Assembly (NCBI GenBank): GCA_050916045.1
Contig: CP051526.1
Span: 1,760,001 to 1,824,000 of the forward strand
DNA from: Tepidisphaera sp.
GTDB taxonomy: Bacteria > Planctomycetota > Phycisphaerae > Phycisphaerales > UBA1924
Direction of reading: 5' to 3'
DNA: 64,000 nt
Of this stretch, positions 8,029 through 17,067 are shown in pieces. The first letter of the stretch is position 1, and each line of letters begins with the position of its first letter. The translations under genes were made by a program, and so were the position numbers. The notes under the pieces are model-generated. The model worked only from the letters and a program-made list of their open reading frames with translations. It was not told the origin of the DNA and made no database searches.

Positions 8029-10736
8029 GGCACAGACTCCTTCACCACCGGTTTGACGTACGTCCCCGCGGCCACCATCGCTTGGATCCGGCGTTTCTCA
8101 CGCTGAACCAGCCAAGGCTTGACGTAGAACGCCCACGGGATGCCAAGCCCCATCAAGATGCCGCCAAGGGCGATGAGGTGGATCCCCGGATTGTTTCCGA
8201 CCTGCAGAATCGTGAACTTCGCGAACGGCCGCTTGAGACGCCCCGCATCCGTCTGCCGCTGCGTCTCCTGCCAGCCGCCCGCGTCCCATCCCGCCTGGCT
8301 GAACTTGAACTGCCCGGGGTTGAGCCCCGAAGTGAACGTGCCCGCGAGATTCCCCAGCAGGCCGCGGGTCTCGTTCCAAAGGAACGGCGCGGTCAGCGGG
8401 TAGTTCAAGCTCGCGATGTGCTCGTAGTCTTCGAACGACCCGTTCGACGAGTCGACCTCGATCGTCGATTGGTAGTCTCTCGGCGACCCGCGGTGGTCGT
8501 ACGAGATCATCTCAAAGTCCTTCAGCCGGAGCGTGAACCCCGGCAGCGTGTGGTGCATCCGCCCGAACGCCAGGATCAGCTTGCGACCGTCGGGAAGCGT
8601 CATCGCCCGCTCGGTCGGACGGCTGTTGTCCATGTACTTGGTGAACGGGAGCCAGATCACCCTCGACATGGCTTTGTCCGACCCGCCCTCGCGCCAGGTG
8701 ACCTCGACCGCCATCGCGGCTTCGTCGTGCGTGCCCACGCGTGAGCGGTCCTGCTCCATCTCGGGAACGGGCATCGGCCGTTCGATCGCCGTCGAGTGGT
8801 CCCAGCGTTCGGTCAGGACCAAGCCGAGCTGGTCGCCGACGACCGGGATCGGCGTCTTGATCGGAGATGGAGGCAGCACCGTGAGATCCCCGCCCTCGCG
8901 GCGGATCACCGCTCGGATCACGTCCGGTGCCGGGCTGTCCGCGTAAAGCGACATCGGCTGCGAAGCGTCGATGTACCCGATGCGGATCGCGGGATCCGCG
9001 GCCCGCCGCTTGGGCATTCCGTTCTCGCCCATCCCCGGCAGGAAGTCCTGGCTGATCTCAGGGAACCGGTGGTAGACCCAGCGGTCATAGCTCTCGCCGG
9101 CGGGCGTGGTGATCGTGACCTTGACGAGGCTGCTGGTCGCGCCCTCGTATCCCGGCGTGATGATCGGAAACTCCGGCTTGGGCTCAAGCGCGGTGACCGC
9201 GACCACGTACCCGGTGCCGCCCACCGCGAACTTCGTGCCGACCTCGACCGGCGTCACGACGCGGACCGGCTTGCCGTCGGATCCGTTCATCCCGGGGATT
9301 TCGGCCACCAACGCGTGCCGAGTGCCCTGCGGGAGACGTTCGGAAAGATCGCGGAACCGATCCTCCGTCATGCCGCCGAACCGGCCGAGGGTGTACTCCA
9401 TCGAGAGACCGCCGTCGGAGTTGATCCGTGTCGCGGGCTGGCCGGGAAGCACGATCAGCGTGAGCGCCTCGGAAGATGGGAGGGCTTCGCCGGACCGCAT
9501 GGGCCTGATGAACCAGACGGGACGGGGAGCTTCGCCCGCCGCGACCTCCGAGATGTCCGCTTTGACGTAATCCGGGGTCAGCTCCGCGTAGGGCGCGTAG
9601 CCGACGACACGCACCGAGACCGAGCGGCCCAGCGTGCGACGCACCAACTCGCGAATGACTTCTTCCGGCAGCGAGCTGGCTTTGGACCCAAGCGCGACGA
9701 ACTCCGCAGCCGTCACGCCGCGATCGACCATGCCCTGTACTTCGGCCGCGCTGAAGCCGGCGGCTTCCAAGCGGCGGCGGAGCGAGCGATCCAGCGCCGG
9801 ATTCACCGGCGCCGCCAGCGGAATGTCAAGCGTGCGGCCGTTGACGGCCGGGTCAAGCCACGGCGCGTTCGGACGCGCTAGGTCGTTGGCCGTCTTCCCG
9901 CTCACCGCCGAAAGGTTGTACGAGTTGTACCGCGGCAAACCGGGAATCAGCCGCTGCTCGAATGCGCCGCCGAAAGAGAGGTGCAGAGCCACCCGCGTGT
10001 TGTCGTGAAACCCGCCTTGCGGCGGCCCCATCGTCGGCGTCCCGGTCGCCGGGTCCGGCGCTCCAGCCAGCAGCAGCAGATCGCCCTCAAGCTTGTTCGC
10101 GTGGTAGTACACGCTCCCCAGCGCGATCGTGATGATCCCCGTGTGCACCGTCAGCACGCCCAGATTCTTGAAGTTGAACTCGATCCGCCGCGCCGTCGCG
10201 ATCACCATGTTCATCACGAACGCAAGCAGGATCACCCGAAGCGGCCACCACCCGTAAAACTCAAGCTCCGACATCTCCACGCCCGGCAAACGCCGGAGCG
10301 TGCTCGACTTGTAGTCGTCGCAGAACTCCGCAAAGAACCGCAAGCCCGTTCCACGAGCCGGGTCATAGTGCAGCGGCGGCCACACCAGCGTCCACCAAAG
10401 CCAGACCGAAAGCACCCCAAGCCCACAGAACAGCACTACACCCGTCACGAACGCCGCCCCCCGGCCCGGCACCTTCCGCGCAATCGCCCACGACGGCAAC
10501 GCCGCGATCACCGCCACCATCGCCAGCACCGTCAGCGCGTACACCGCGTACGTCGGCGCAAGCGCGATCAGACCGATTGGAACGCTCGCAAGCACGCCGT
10601 ACAACGCGACACACACCAGCAAAGAGACCGCCAGCCCGATCGAGCTGAACGCCCTCACAAGCACCTTCGCGGGCCACGCCCACTTTGGAAAGTGCTCATC
10701 ATCCCAAGCCAGACTCCGCCGCCATTTGGCGCTCAT
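8025..10736 (-). CDS. resB: Cytochrome c biogenesis ResB/Ccs1-like protein (large form)
   Basis: FY.WWP...LL.F..N, LGVLTVHTGIITI.LG (conserved His), LPGF.LRL.DF....Y.....PRDYQS, LNYPL, C-terminal NNPG plus TM; 4-nt overlap with ccsA. Confidence 0.82.
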   Translation of the reverse strand: MSAKWRRSLAWDDEHFPKWAWPAKVLVRAFSSIGLAVSLLVCVALYGVLASVPIGLIALAPTYAVYALTVLAMVAVIAALPSWAIARKVPGRGAAFVTGVVLFCGLGVLSVWLWWTLVWPPLHYDPARGTGLRFFAEFCDDYKSSTLRRLPGVEMSELEFYGWWPLRVILLAFVMNMVIATARRIEFNFKNLGVLTVHTGIITIALGSVYYHANKLEGDLLLLAGAPDPATGTPTMGPPQGGFHDNTRVALHLSFGGAFEQRLIPGLPRYNSYNLSAVSGKTANDLARPNAPWLDPAVNGRTLDIPLAAPVNPALDRSLRRRLEAAGFSAAEVQGMVDRGVTAAEFVALGSKASSLPEEVIRELVRRTLGRSVSVRVVGYAPYAELTPDYVKADISEVAAGEAPRPVWFIRPMRSGEALPSSEALTLIVLPGQPATRINSDGGLSMEYTLGRFGGMTEDRFRDLSERLPQGTRHALVAEIPGMNGSDGKPVRVVTPVEVGTKFAVGGTGYVVAVTALEPKPEFPIITPGYEGATSSLVKVTITTPAGESYDRWVYHRFPEISQDFLPGMGENGMPKRRAADPAIRIGYIDASQPMSLYADSPAPDVIRAVIRREGGDLTVLPPSPIKTPIPVVGDQLGLVLTERWDHSTAIERPMPVPEMEQDRSRVGTHDEAAMAVEVTWREGGSDKAMSRVIWLPFTKYMDNSRPTERAMTLPDGRKLILAFGRMHHTLPGFTLRLKDFEMISYDHRGSPRDYQSTIEVDSSNGSFEDYEHIASLNYPLTAPFLWNETRGLLGNLAGTFTSGLNPGQFKFSQAGWDAGGWQETQRQTDAGRLKRPFAKFTILQVGNNPGIHLIALGGILMGLGIPWAFYVKPWLVQREKRRIQAMVAAGTYVKPVVKESVP

Positions 10737-10802
10737 CGTTGAATATCACTCCTGTGGTCCACCCGCCGGATTCTACGTGCCTCGCCGCCCCCTGATTCTT
10801 GT

Positions 10803-12149
10803 TCAACCGTACGAAGTGCGCAGAAACAGCAATTCCGGGACCCCCGATCCGGAGAGTACCCGATTCAAGTGGTCTCCCGTTCCGCCTCCCACCCGCACCG
10901 CCACAAGTCCGCGCGGCGAGCACTCCAGCCCCACTTCGCCGAACCGGAACTCGGCCGCCGGCAGGCCCAAAGCCCGTGCCCCGCGGGTCGTCATCATGCC
11001 CAGCAACATCGCAGGATCCGCCGAGTCCCGACGGTACAGGAATCGGGCTTCGTCCAGAACCGAGATCCCGCCGCGTGCCGCGTCCGCCGCTTCGTTTGGC
11101 AAATTGATGATCGAGTCCGTCCCCAAGCAGACGTTGATCCCCGCCGAGAGCATGTCGCGGTAGCGGTGGGGGCCGAAAGCCATCTCCGCTTGGAAGTAGC
11201 TCGACGACCGCGGGCAGTACGCAACCGGCCCCGCCAGACGCTCAAAGTCCGCGTCCGACACGTCGTTGCAGTGCACCACCAGGGTGCTCGACCCCGCCAG
11301 AGCCGGCGCCATGTGCTCGATCGGCGTCCGGCCCGCCGAGTACTCGCTCTCAAGCCCGTCGTGCCAGAGTCCGAACCGTTCGAGCAACTGCCGGTGGGGG
11401 CCCTTCCCCCCAGCGATGAACTCGCGCTCCGCCTGGCTTTCCGCCAGATGGGTGCAGACCAAAGCCCCGAGCCTGGCTGCATCGGCCACCGTCCGCCGAT
11501 ACGCCGCGAGCGACACCGTGTACGGGGCGTGAGGCGAGATACCAGGCCGAACGTTCCGCGTGGCGCGCGCACAGCACCCCGCCAAAATCTCCGAAGCCTT
11601 CGCCGCCCGCTCGACGTCCCCTCGCCCGATCCCGAAATACTCGATGAAGCTGACCCCGGCAAGGTTCGAAGCCGCCAGCTCCTCAAACGGCACCGTGCTC
11701 GGGCCGCTCGGCGGACATCCCGCGATGTCGCCCACCGCAACCACGCCCCCAGCCAGCGAAAGCTCGATTCCGCGGCGAACCGACGCCCGGATCGCGTCCT
11801 CCTCGGACGGCCGGTGCTTCACGACATGCCCGAGAAACCGAGGGAAATCCCCGCGGCCCCCCTCGAAAGGCCCGACGGCGGTGAGATCCAGGTGGGTGTG
11901 CGCGTTCACAAGCCCGGGGATCAGCACGCTGTCGCGGAGGTCGATCCGGCGGATCTCCTGCCCGGCCGCTTGCGGGACCCGGTCCGCCTCGGCGGGGGGG
12001 AGAATCCGAACCGAGAACGATCCGCCCGGCTCCGTCCGAACGAGCACGCTCGCCGGCGCGAGGATGATCCCGCGCTCGTCGGCGATCGCCGCGACGTCAA
12101 GCCGAAAGGTCGCCGGACTGCCGGAGTCGAAATTGAGCGGACGGTTCAT
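10803..12149 (-). CDS. Metal-dependent amidohydrolase/deaminase (aminodeoxyfutalosine deaminase-like)
   Basis: PGLVNAHTHLDL, SPHAPYTVS, THLAES, VHCN, CPRS, LGTDS; substrate is inferred. Confidence 0.8.
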   Translation of the reverse strand: MNRPLNFDSGSPATFRLDVAAIADERGIILAPASVLVRTEPGGSFSVRILPPAEADRVPQAAGQEIRRIDLRDSVLIPGLVNAHTHLDLTAVGPFEGGRGDFPRFLGHVVKHRPSEEDAIRASVRRGIELSLAGGVVAVGDIAGCPPSGPSTVPFEELAASNLAGVSFIEYFGIGRGDVERAAKASEILAGCCARATRNVRPGISPHAPYTVSLAAYRRTVADAARLGALVCTHLAESQAEREFIAGGKGPHRQLLERFGLWHDGLESEYSAGRTPIEHMAPALAGSSTLVVHCNDVSDADFERLAGPVAYCPRSSSYFQAEMAFGPHRYRDMLSAGINVCLGTDSIINLPNEAADAARGGISVLDEARFLYRRDSADPAMLLGMMTTRGARALGLPAAEFRFGEVGLECSPRGLVAVRVGGGTGDHLNRVLSGSGVPELLFLRTSYG

Positions 12150-12307
12150 GCCATTTTCCCGGTTTGGTCGATCATAGAACGCGCGAGGGTGGATTCCGGC
12201 CCTGCCAGAGGCACTGGTTGCGGGTCGGTTCGCCTATCATCGCGCGTCTCCCTCAGGACAGATCGCACATCGCCGGCTGGACGCCGGTCTTGCGGAGCAA
12301 CGACCCC

Positions 12308-13225
12308 ATGAATCGTCCCACGACTGCTTTCCTCGGTTCCCGTTCTCTTCGGTCCCTCCTCGCCTGCGCGGGCATTGCGGTCGGCGGCCTCATGCTCACC
12401 GGCGTCGGCGGTTGCGTCGCGCAGGAGGACTACGACCGTCTTCACCAGCAGATCGACAGCCTCGAAAACCGCAACGGCGTCCTCATGCGTGAACGCGACG
12501 CGGCTGTGAAAGCCCTCGCGGACGCCAACGCCGCCCTGGCCGCCAACGAAGAGGCTCTCAACGCCCTTCGGCGGATCAACGGCGAGCTGACCGGCCGCCT
12601 GCAGGGCATGGGTGCCAACCTCAACGACCTCATGGCCCAGCTCGACGGCCTCAAGCTCTCCGCTCTGGACCCGGACACCAACGCCCTGCTCCGCGAGCTG
12701 GCGAATCAGTATCCCGACCTCATCACCTTCGATGAAGCCAAGGGCATGCTCCGCTTCAACAGCGACCTGACCTTCAACTCGGGCGACGACACCGTCAAGC
12801 CCGAAGGGCGCCAGGCGCTCACCGCTCTCGCGAACATCCTCAACAACCCGGTCGCGAGCAGCTACGACGTGATCGTCCTGGGCCACACGGACTCGCAGCC
12901 CATCGGCCGCTCGGCTTCTCGCCATCCGACGAACATCCACCTGTCCGTCCACCGCGCCATCGCCGTTCGCCGCGTCCTCACCGAGCAGTCAGTGGCCGGT
13001 GACAAGATGCAGGTCGCCGGCTGGGGCGAGTTCCGCCCCGCCGTTCCCAACACGCCCAGCGGCAACACCCCCCAGAACCGCCGCGTCGAGATCTACCTCA
13101 CCCGTCACAAGGGCAGCGAAGCGTCGGGCTCGGCGTCCGCCGCCCCCGCGAACGTCGAAGCCCCGCGCACGGCGACGCCCTCCGGCGGCGGCAGCCCGAA
13201 CCGGCCCTCGGACGTTCTGAAGTAA
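12308..13225 (+). CDS. OmpA/MotB-family lipoprotein with coiled coil
   Basis: Lipobox VGGC, heptad coiled coil, F.SG, GHTDSQPI, N.HLS..RA.AV, GWGEFRP, NRRVEI. Confidence 0.9.
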   Translation: MNRPTTAFLGSRSLRSLLACAGIAVGGLMLTGVGGCVAQEDYDRLHQQIDSLENRNGVLMRERDAAVKALADANAALAANEEALNALRRINGELTGRLQGMGANLNDLMAQLDGLKLSALDPDTNALLRELANQYPDLITFDEAKGMLRFNSDLTFNSGDDTVKPEGRQALTALANILNNPVASSYDVIVLGHTDSQPIGRSASRHPTNIHLSVHRAIAVRRVLTEQSVAGDKMQVAGWGEFRPAVPNTPSGNTPQNRRVEIYLTRHKGSEASGSASAAPANVEAPRTATPSGGGSPNRPSDVLK

Positions 13226-13264
13226 AGAACTCTTCACGCACCGAAAATCGAAAGAACCCTGAAT

Positions 13265-13297
13265 AATGAGCCCCGAGTGATCGGGGCTCATTTCTTT
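13265..13297 (+). terminator. Intrinsic terminator
   Basis: AATGAGCCCCGA-GTGA-TCGGGGCTCATT followed by TCTTT. Confidence 0.8.
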
Positions 13298-13444
13298 GGA
13301 TCAACACAACCTTCGCGACCAACAAATCAGTTCGAGAGCAGGGTTTCGGAACGCTTCGCGCACCCCGCCGGTAGACTGGGTTCGCGGTCGTGCATGAGCG
13401 GGTCGGTTTGCCCCGCTCGGCGGTCCGAATCCAAGGAGGTTTCT

Positions 13445-14494
13445 ATGTTGTTCAAAGTTCAGAAGTTGGCGGCTTCGGTGCTCGTGATGTGTGCGGGCGC
13501 GGCGATGGCCCAGCCCGGCAACGATCTCTGTTCGAACCCCGAGCCCATCAGCGGCCTGGGCGATTTCGCGTTTGACTCCTTTGGGGCGGTCACCGACGGT
13601 GTCGAGTTCGGCTGCGCTCTCGGGCAGGCGTACAACGACGTCTGGTACTGCTGGACGGCGACGGAATCCGGCCCGGTCCGGGCCAAGCTCTGCAACGGCG
13701 CGCCGGGGTTTGACACGGTGATCGCCGTGTACGACGGTTGCGGCTGCCCCGCGGATTTCGGCGAGATCGTCTGCAACGACGATTCGTGCGGGCTGTCGAG
13801 CTCGGTCAACTTCGACGCCGTCGCGGGCCAGACCTACCTCATCCGCATCGGCGCCTTCGACGAGGGCGGCACCGGCTCGGGCACCCTCACCCTCGAAACC
13901 TTTGTCCCCGGCGTGGTCCTCGGCCCCATCGTCAGCCCCATCAATGGCAACACTTACTACCTCCTCGAGCCCAACAGCTGGACCGGCGGCGAGGAAGCCG
14001 CCAACGCTCTCGGCGGCCACCTGGCCACCGTCCGTTCCGCCGAAGAAAACGACTGGATCTACTCCGAAGTCATCCGCGCCGGCGGCGCGATCCGCCGCGG
14101 CTGGATCGGCCTCAACGACGTCGCCGAGGAAGGGACCTTCGTCTGGTCCAGCGGCGAGCCGGTCACCTACACGAACTGGGGCGCGGGCGAACCCAACAAC
14201 GCCAACGGCGTCGAGCACTTCGCCCAGATTCCGTGGTTCAGCCTCCAGTGGAACGACAACTCCGACCTTCCCGGCGACGATCCCTGCTATCCGGTGGTCG
14301 AGATCGTGACCGGCGGAACGTGCCCCGCGGACTTCAACGGCGACGACTTCGTCGACTTCTTCGACTACGCCGACTTCGTCGCGTGCTTCGAGGGCGAGTG
14401 CCTCGCGGGTCAGACGGCGGACTTCAACGGCGACGACTTCGTGGACTTTTTCGACTACTCCGACTTCGTCGATGCATTCGAGACGGGCTGCTGA
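13445..14494 (+). CDS. Secreted C-type lectin domain protein with N-terminal PPC-like domain and C-terminal GC-type dockerin-like anchor
   Basis: AAGGAGG SD and signal peptide; NDLC..DVWY..FDTVIAVY..CNDDSCG; LGGHLAT..EENDW..WIGLND..F.W.SGE...YTNW..GEPNN..WND; twin ADFNGDDFVDFFDY.DF repeats ending GC. Confidence 0.88.
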   Translation: MLFKVQKLAASVLVMCAGAAMAQPGNDLCSNPEPISGLGDFAFDSFGAVTDGVEFGCALGQAYNDVWYCWTATESGPVRAKLCNGAPGFDTVIAVYDGCGCPADFGEIVCNDDSCGLSSSVNFDAVAGQTYLIRIGAFDEGGTGSGTLTLETFVPGVVLGPIVSPINGNTYYLLEPNSWTGGEEAANALGGHLATVRSAEENDWIYSEVIRAGGAIRRGWIGLNDVAEEGTFVWSSGEPVTYTNWGAGEPNNANGVEHFAQIPWFSLQWNDNSDLPGDDPCYPVVEIVTGGTCPADFNGDDFVDFFDYADFVACFEGECLAGQTADFNGDDFVDFFDYSDFVDAFETGC

Positions 14495-14609
14495 TCAAGC
14501 CGATCGTCCCGGCCGCCGCGTGAGAACGCGGCGGCCGTCTTCCTCTGGTGCCAAGCCTCGCCTCCAGGCCGCCACGAACCCCTCCGCGGCCGGCGACGTA
14601 CCATCGTTC

Positions 14610-15110
14610 ATGGCGAATCTCCTGCGATCCTCCGCTCCGGCGCTCCTCGCGATCGTGGGTGGGCTTGCGGTCGTTTCCGTCCTCAGGACGACTCTCGGCG
14701 GCGGCGGCGTCGCCCCCGTGCCCGCGGCCTTTGAGTCCGGCCTGTCCCTCGACGAAGCGATCTCCCAGGGAACCGCTTCCGGACGACCCGTCATCGCGTT
14801 CGCCACCGCCGACTGGTGCCCGCCCTGTCAGACCATGAAGCGGAGCACGCTCACCGACCTCAACGTGGAAGCGTTTCTCAAAGGACGGGCGATCTCCGTC
14901 TACGTCGATGTCGACCGCGACCGCAAAGCTGCGGAAAGACTCGGCGTGACCGGCATTCCGGCCACCGTGATCATCGCAGGCGACACCGTCGTCTCCCGGA
15001 TCTCCGGCGTCATGTCGCCCTCGGACTACCTGAGCTTCCTGACCGCTTCGGTCGACCTTGCGAACAACCCGGCCGAGGTCGAACGCCTCCGGAACGATCG
15101 CCCGCGATAG
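14610..15110 (+). CDS. Membrane-anchored thioredoxin family protein
   Basis: N-terminal hydrophobic segment, ATADWCPPC, VDVD, V.GIPAT. Confidence 0.88.
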   Translation: MANLLRSSAPALLAIVGGLAVVSVLRTTLGGGGVAPVPAAFESGLSLDEAISQGTASGRPVIAFATADWCPPCQTMKRSTLTDLNVEAFLKGRAISVYVDVDRDRKAAERLGVTGIPATVIIAGDTVVSRISGVMSPSDYLSFLTASVDLANNPAEVERLRNDRPR

Positions 15111-15238
15111 CGGGAAAGCGACATCTCGCGCTCGGCTCCAGGACCTCGCGATCGAGAACGCGAGAGGTTCGCTGTCGCATCTGGAATGCAGTCGGGCCAC
15201 TCCGCGCTTCTTCCGATCCCGCCGCACACCTCACAATG

Positions 15239-15272
15239 AAAAACCCCCGGGTCATGCGACCCGGGGGTTCTT
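15239..15272. terminator. Bidirectional intrinsic terminator
   Basis: AACCCCCGGGTC-ATGC-GACCCGGGGGTT, flanked by an A-run and TTCTT, between convergent genes. Confidence 0.85.
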
Positions 15273-15304
15273 GATTTCAACTCGATCTCAGGCTTTCGCC
15301 ACGA

Positions 15305-16870
15305 TTACTTGTAGAAGTTCGTGGTTTCGGTCTTGATGAGCGTGCGGGTGATCTCGTTGGACTTGGCGTCCGCACGGAGCTGGACCTGGCCTTCGCCGAC
15401 CGCCTTGACGACGACCGTGAAGGTCTGCTTGGCGCCCGGCTTGAGCACGCCGATGGCGGGGAAGGTCAGCTTGGTGCCCGAGAGGGTGCCGCCGCTGCTG
15501 CTGACGTACTGCATCAGGTTCGCCGCGTCGAGCGTGCACTCGAGCGTGACGTTGTTCAGGTCCGCGAAGCCCTGGTTCGTGACCGTCAGCGTGTACGTCG
15601 TGTTGCCGCCGACCTGGACCGGGTCGGGGCTGTCGAAACCGTCGAGGAGCATGGCCGGGATGCCGACATACGCCACCTGGCAGTTCGTCGTCACCGGAGC
15701 CGCACAGTTGCAGGAAGCCGTCGCCGAGACCGGCACGTTGCCGATCGCCGTCGCGGAGACCGTCACCGTCACGCTGCGCTCCGCACCCGCGGGGAGAGCC
15801 CCGAGGTTCCACGTCACATTCTGGCCCGCGGCCGTGCCGCCGTTGTCGGCCGACTTGAAGGTCGTGCCCGCCGGGAGCGAAGCCACGATCTTGGAAGCGT
15901 CGCAAGCCGCGTCGCCCGTGTTCTTCACCGTGAAGGTGAAGGTCGAGTCGCGGCCCAGGACCACCTTGTCCGAGCCGGGGCGGCAAGCGATCGTCAGGAC
16001 CGGCTGCTTGACCACGGTCGTGACCTTCGCGGACTCGGCCTTGAGGTTGCCGTCCGCCGTCGCGGTCGCGACGTTGTCGAACTTGCCGGTCTTGCCCGCC
16101 TTCAGGTTGATCGGGAAGGACTTCTTCTGGCCGGCGGCGAGGTCGCCGACGACGATATCGACGTTGCTCTTGCCATCGGCCGTCGTGAGGCCGGCGGGGA
16201 GCGCATCGGTGATCTTGACGTTGCGAGCGACGCCCGAGCCGTTATTCACGACCTCGATCGTGGTGACGATGTTGCCGCAGTTGAGGATCGACTCGGGGGT
16301 GATCGTCTTGTTGATGGCGAGCGCCGGCTGGACGATCTTGGTCGTCACGCACAGGGGCAGAGTGTAGGTCACGCTCGCACAGTTGCGGAGCACGCCGCTC
16401 CCGACCGCCGCGGCAGACCCGGTGATCTTGATTTCCTTGGTTTCGCCCACGTTGAGCGAGCCCAGACCGAAGGTGTGGGTGTTGCCGCTGGACTGGGGCG
16501 CGGGAACCGCGGCCAAGGGCTTGAAGCCGGCGTCGGTCGTGTCCGTCACGACGACGTTCTCAAGGACGGACTGCGAGATGTTCGTCACGCGGAGGGTGTA
16601 GTCAAAGGACTGACCCGCGGCGACCTCAGCCGGAGCGACCTTCGTCACCGCGATCGCGGAAGACGCACGGTTGCCGGTCGGCCAATACTGCGTACCCGGA
16701 GCGTCCGCAACGGGTTTGGACTCGGCGCGGGGTGCCGGCGTCTCGGCCTTGGCAGGGGCGGGCGCCGGAGCGGCGGAAGCCCTCTGCTGCGTGCAGCCGC
16801 CAAGGGACATCCCAAGAGCGGTGCCCGCGACCGTGACCAGAATCAAAAGCCCGCGAGTGTTCATGTTCAT
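15305..16870 (-). CDS. DUF11-repeat cysteine-containing lipoprotein, OmcB-like (60 kDa cysteine-rich envelope protein)
   Basis: Lipobox LGGC, Ala/Pro linker, four Ig-like repeats (K..P..V..G....YT..V.N), cysteines at repeat junctions, GIPAMLL...DSPDPV.VG..TTY...VTNQG; GAGGA SD. Confidence 0.78.
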   Translation of the reverse strand: MNMNTRGLLILVTVAGTALGMSLGGCTQQRASAAPAPAPAKAETPAPRAESKPVADAPGTQYWPTGNRASSAIAVTKVAPAEVAAGQSFDYTLRVTNISQSVLENVVVTDTTDAGFKPLAAVPAPQSSGNTHTFGLGSLNVGETKEIKITGSAAAVGSGVLRNCASVTYTLPLCVTTKIVQPALAINKTITPESILNCGNIVTTIEVVNNGSGVARNVKITDALPAGLTTADGKSNVDIVVGDLAAGQKKSFPINLKAGKTGKFDNVATATADGNLKAESAKVTTVVKQPVLTIACRPGSDKVVLGRDSTFTFTVKNTGDAACDASKIVASLPAGTTFKSADNGGTAAGQNVTWNLGALPAGAERSVTVTVSATAIGNVPVSATASCNCAAPVTTNCQVAYVGIPAMLLDGFDSPDPVQVGGNTTYTLTVTNQGFADLNNVTLECTLDAANLMQYVSSSGGTLSGTKLTFPAIGVLKPGAKQTFTVVVKAVGEGQVQLRADAKSNEITRTLIKTETTNFYK

Positions 16871-16879
16871 TGTGCTGTT

Positions 16880-17000
16880 TCCTCAAACGCGCCCGGAGAA
16901 TGACCCCTGCCAGCACGAGTCGGGCGCGACTCGTGTTGCCTCGGAGCCGAGGGAAAAGACCAAAACAGGGCCCCTCGGTCCTTATCAGATTGGGAGTATA
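16880..17000 (-). promoter_or_regulatory. Putative -10 box (TATACT, 16995-17000) and structured 5' leader of the OmcB-like gene
   Basis: Hairpins CACGAGTCG-N4-CGACTCGTG and CCTCG-N4-CGAGG between the -10 box and the SD. Confidence 0.45.
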
Positions 17001-17067
17001 GGACCATGGTCCGCCGGGGCAAACCTTCTGTACCCCGTTTGTTCGTGGTCGGCAAGGTCCCCAGGGT

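Noticed and set aside
17015..17045. c-di-GMP-I riboswitch suggested by GGCAAACC
   Set aside because: It is on the wrong strand for the downstream gene, and the GNRA-loop second stem and the rest of the consensus are missing.
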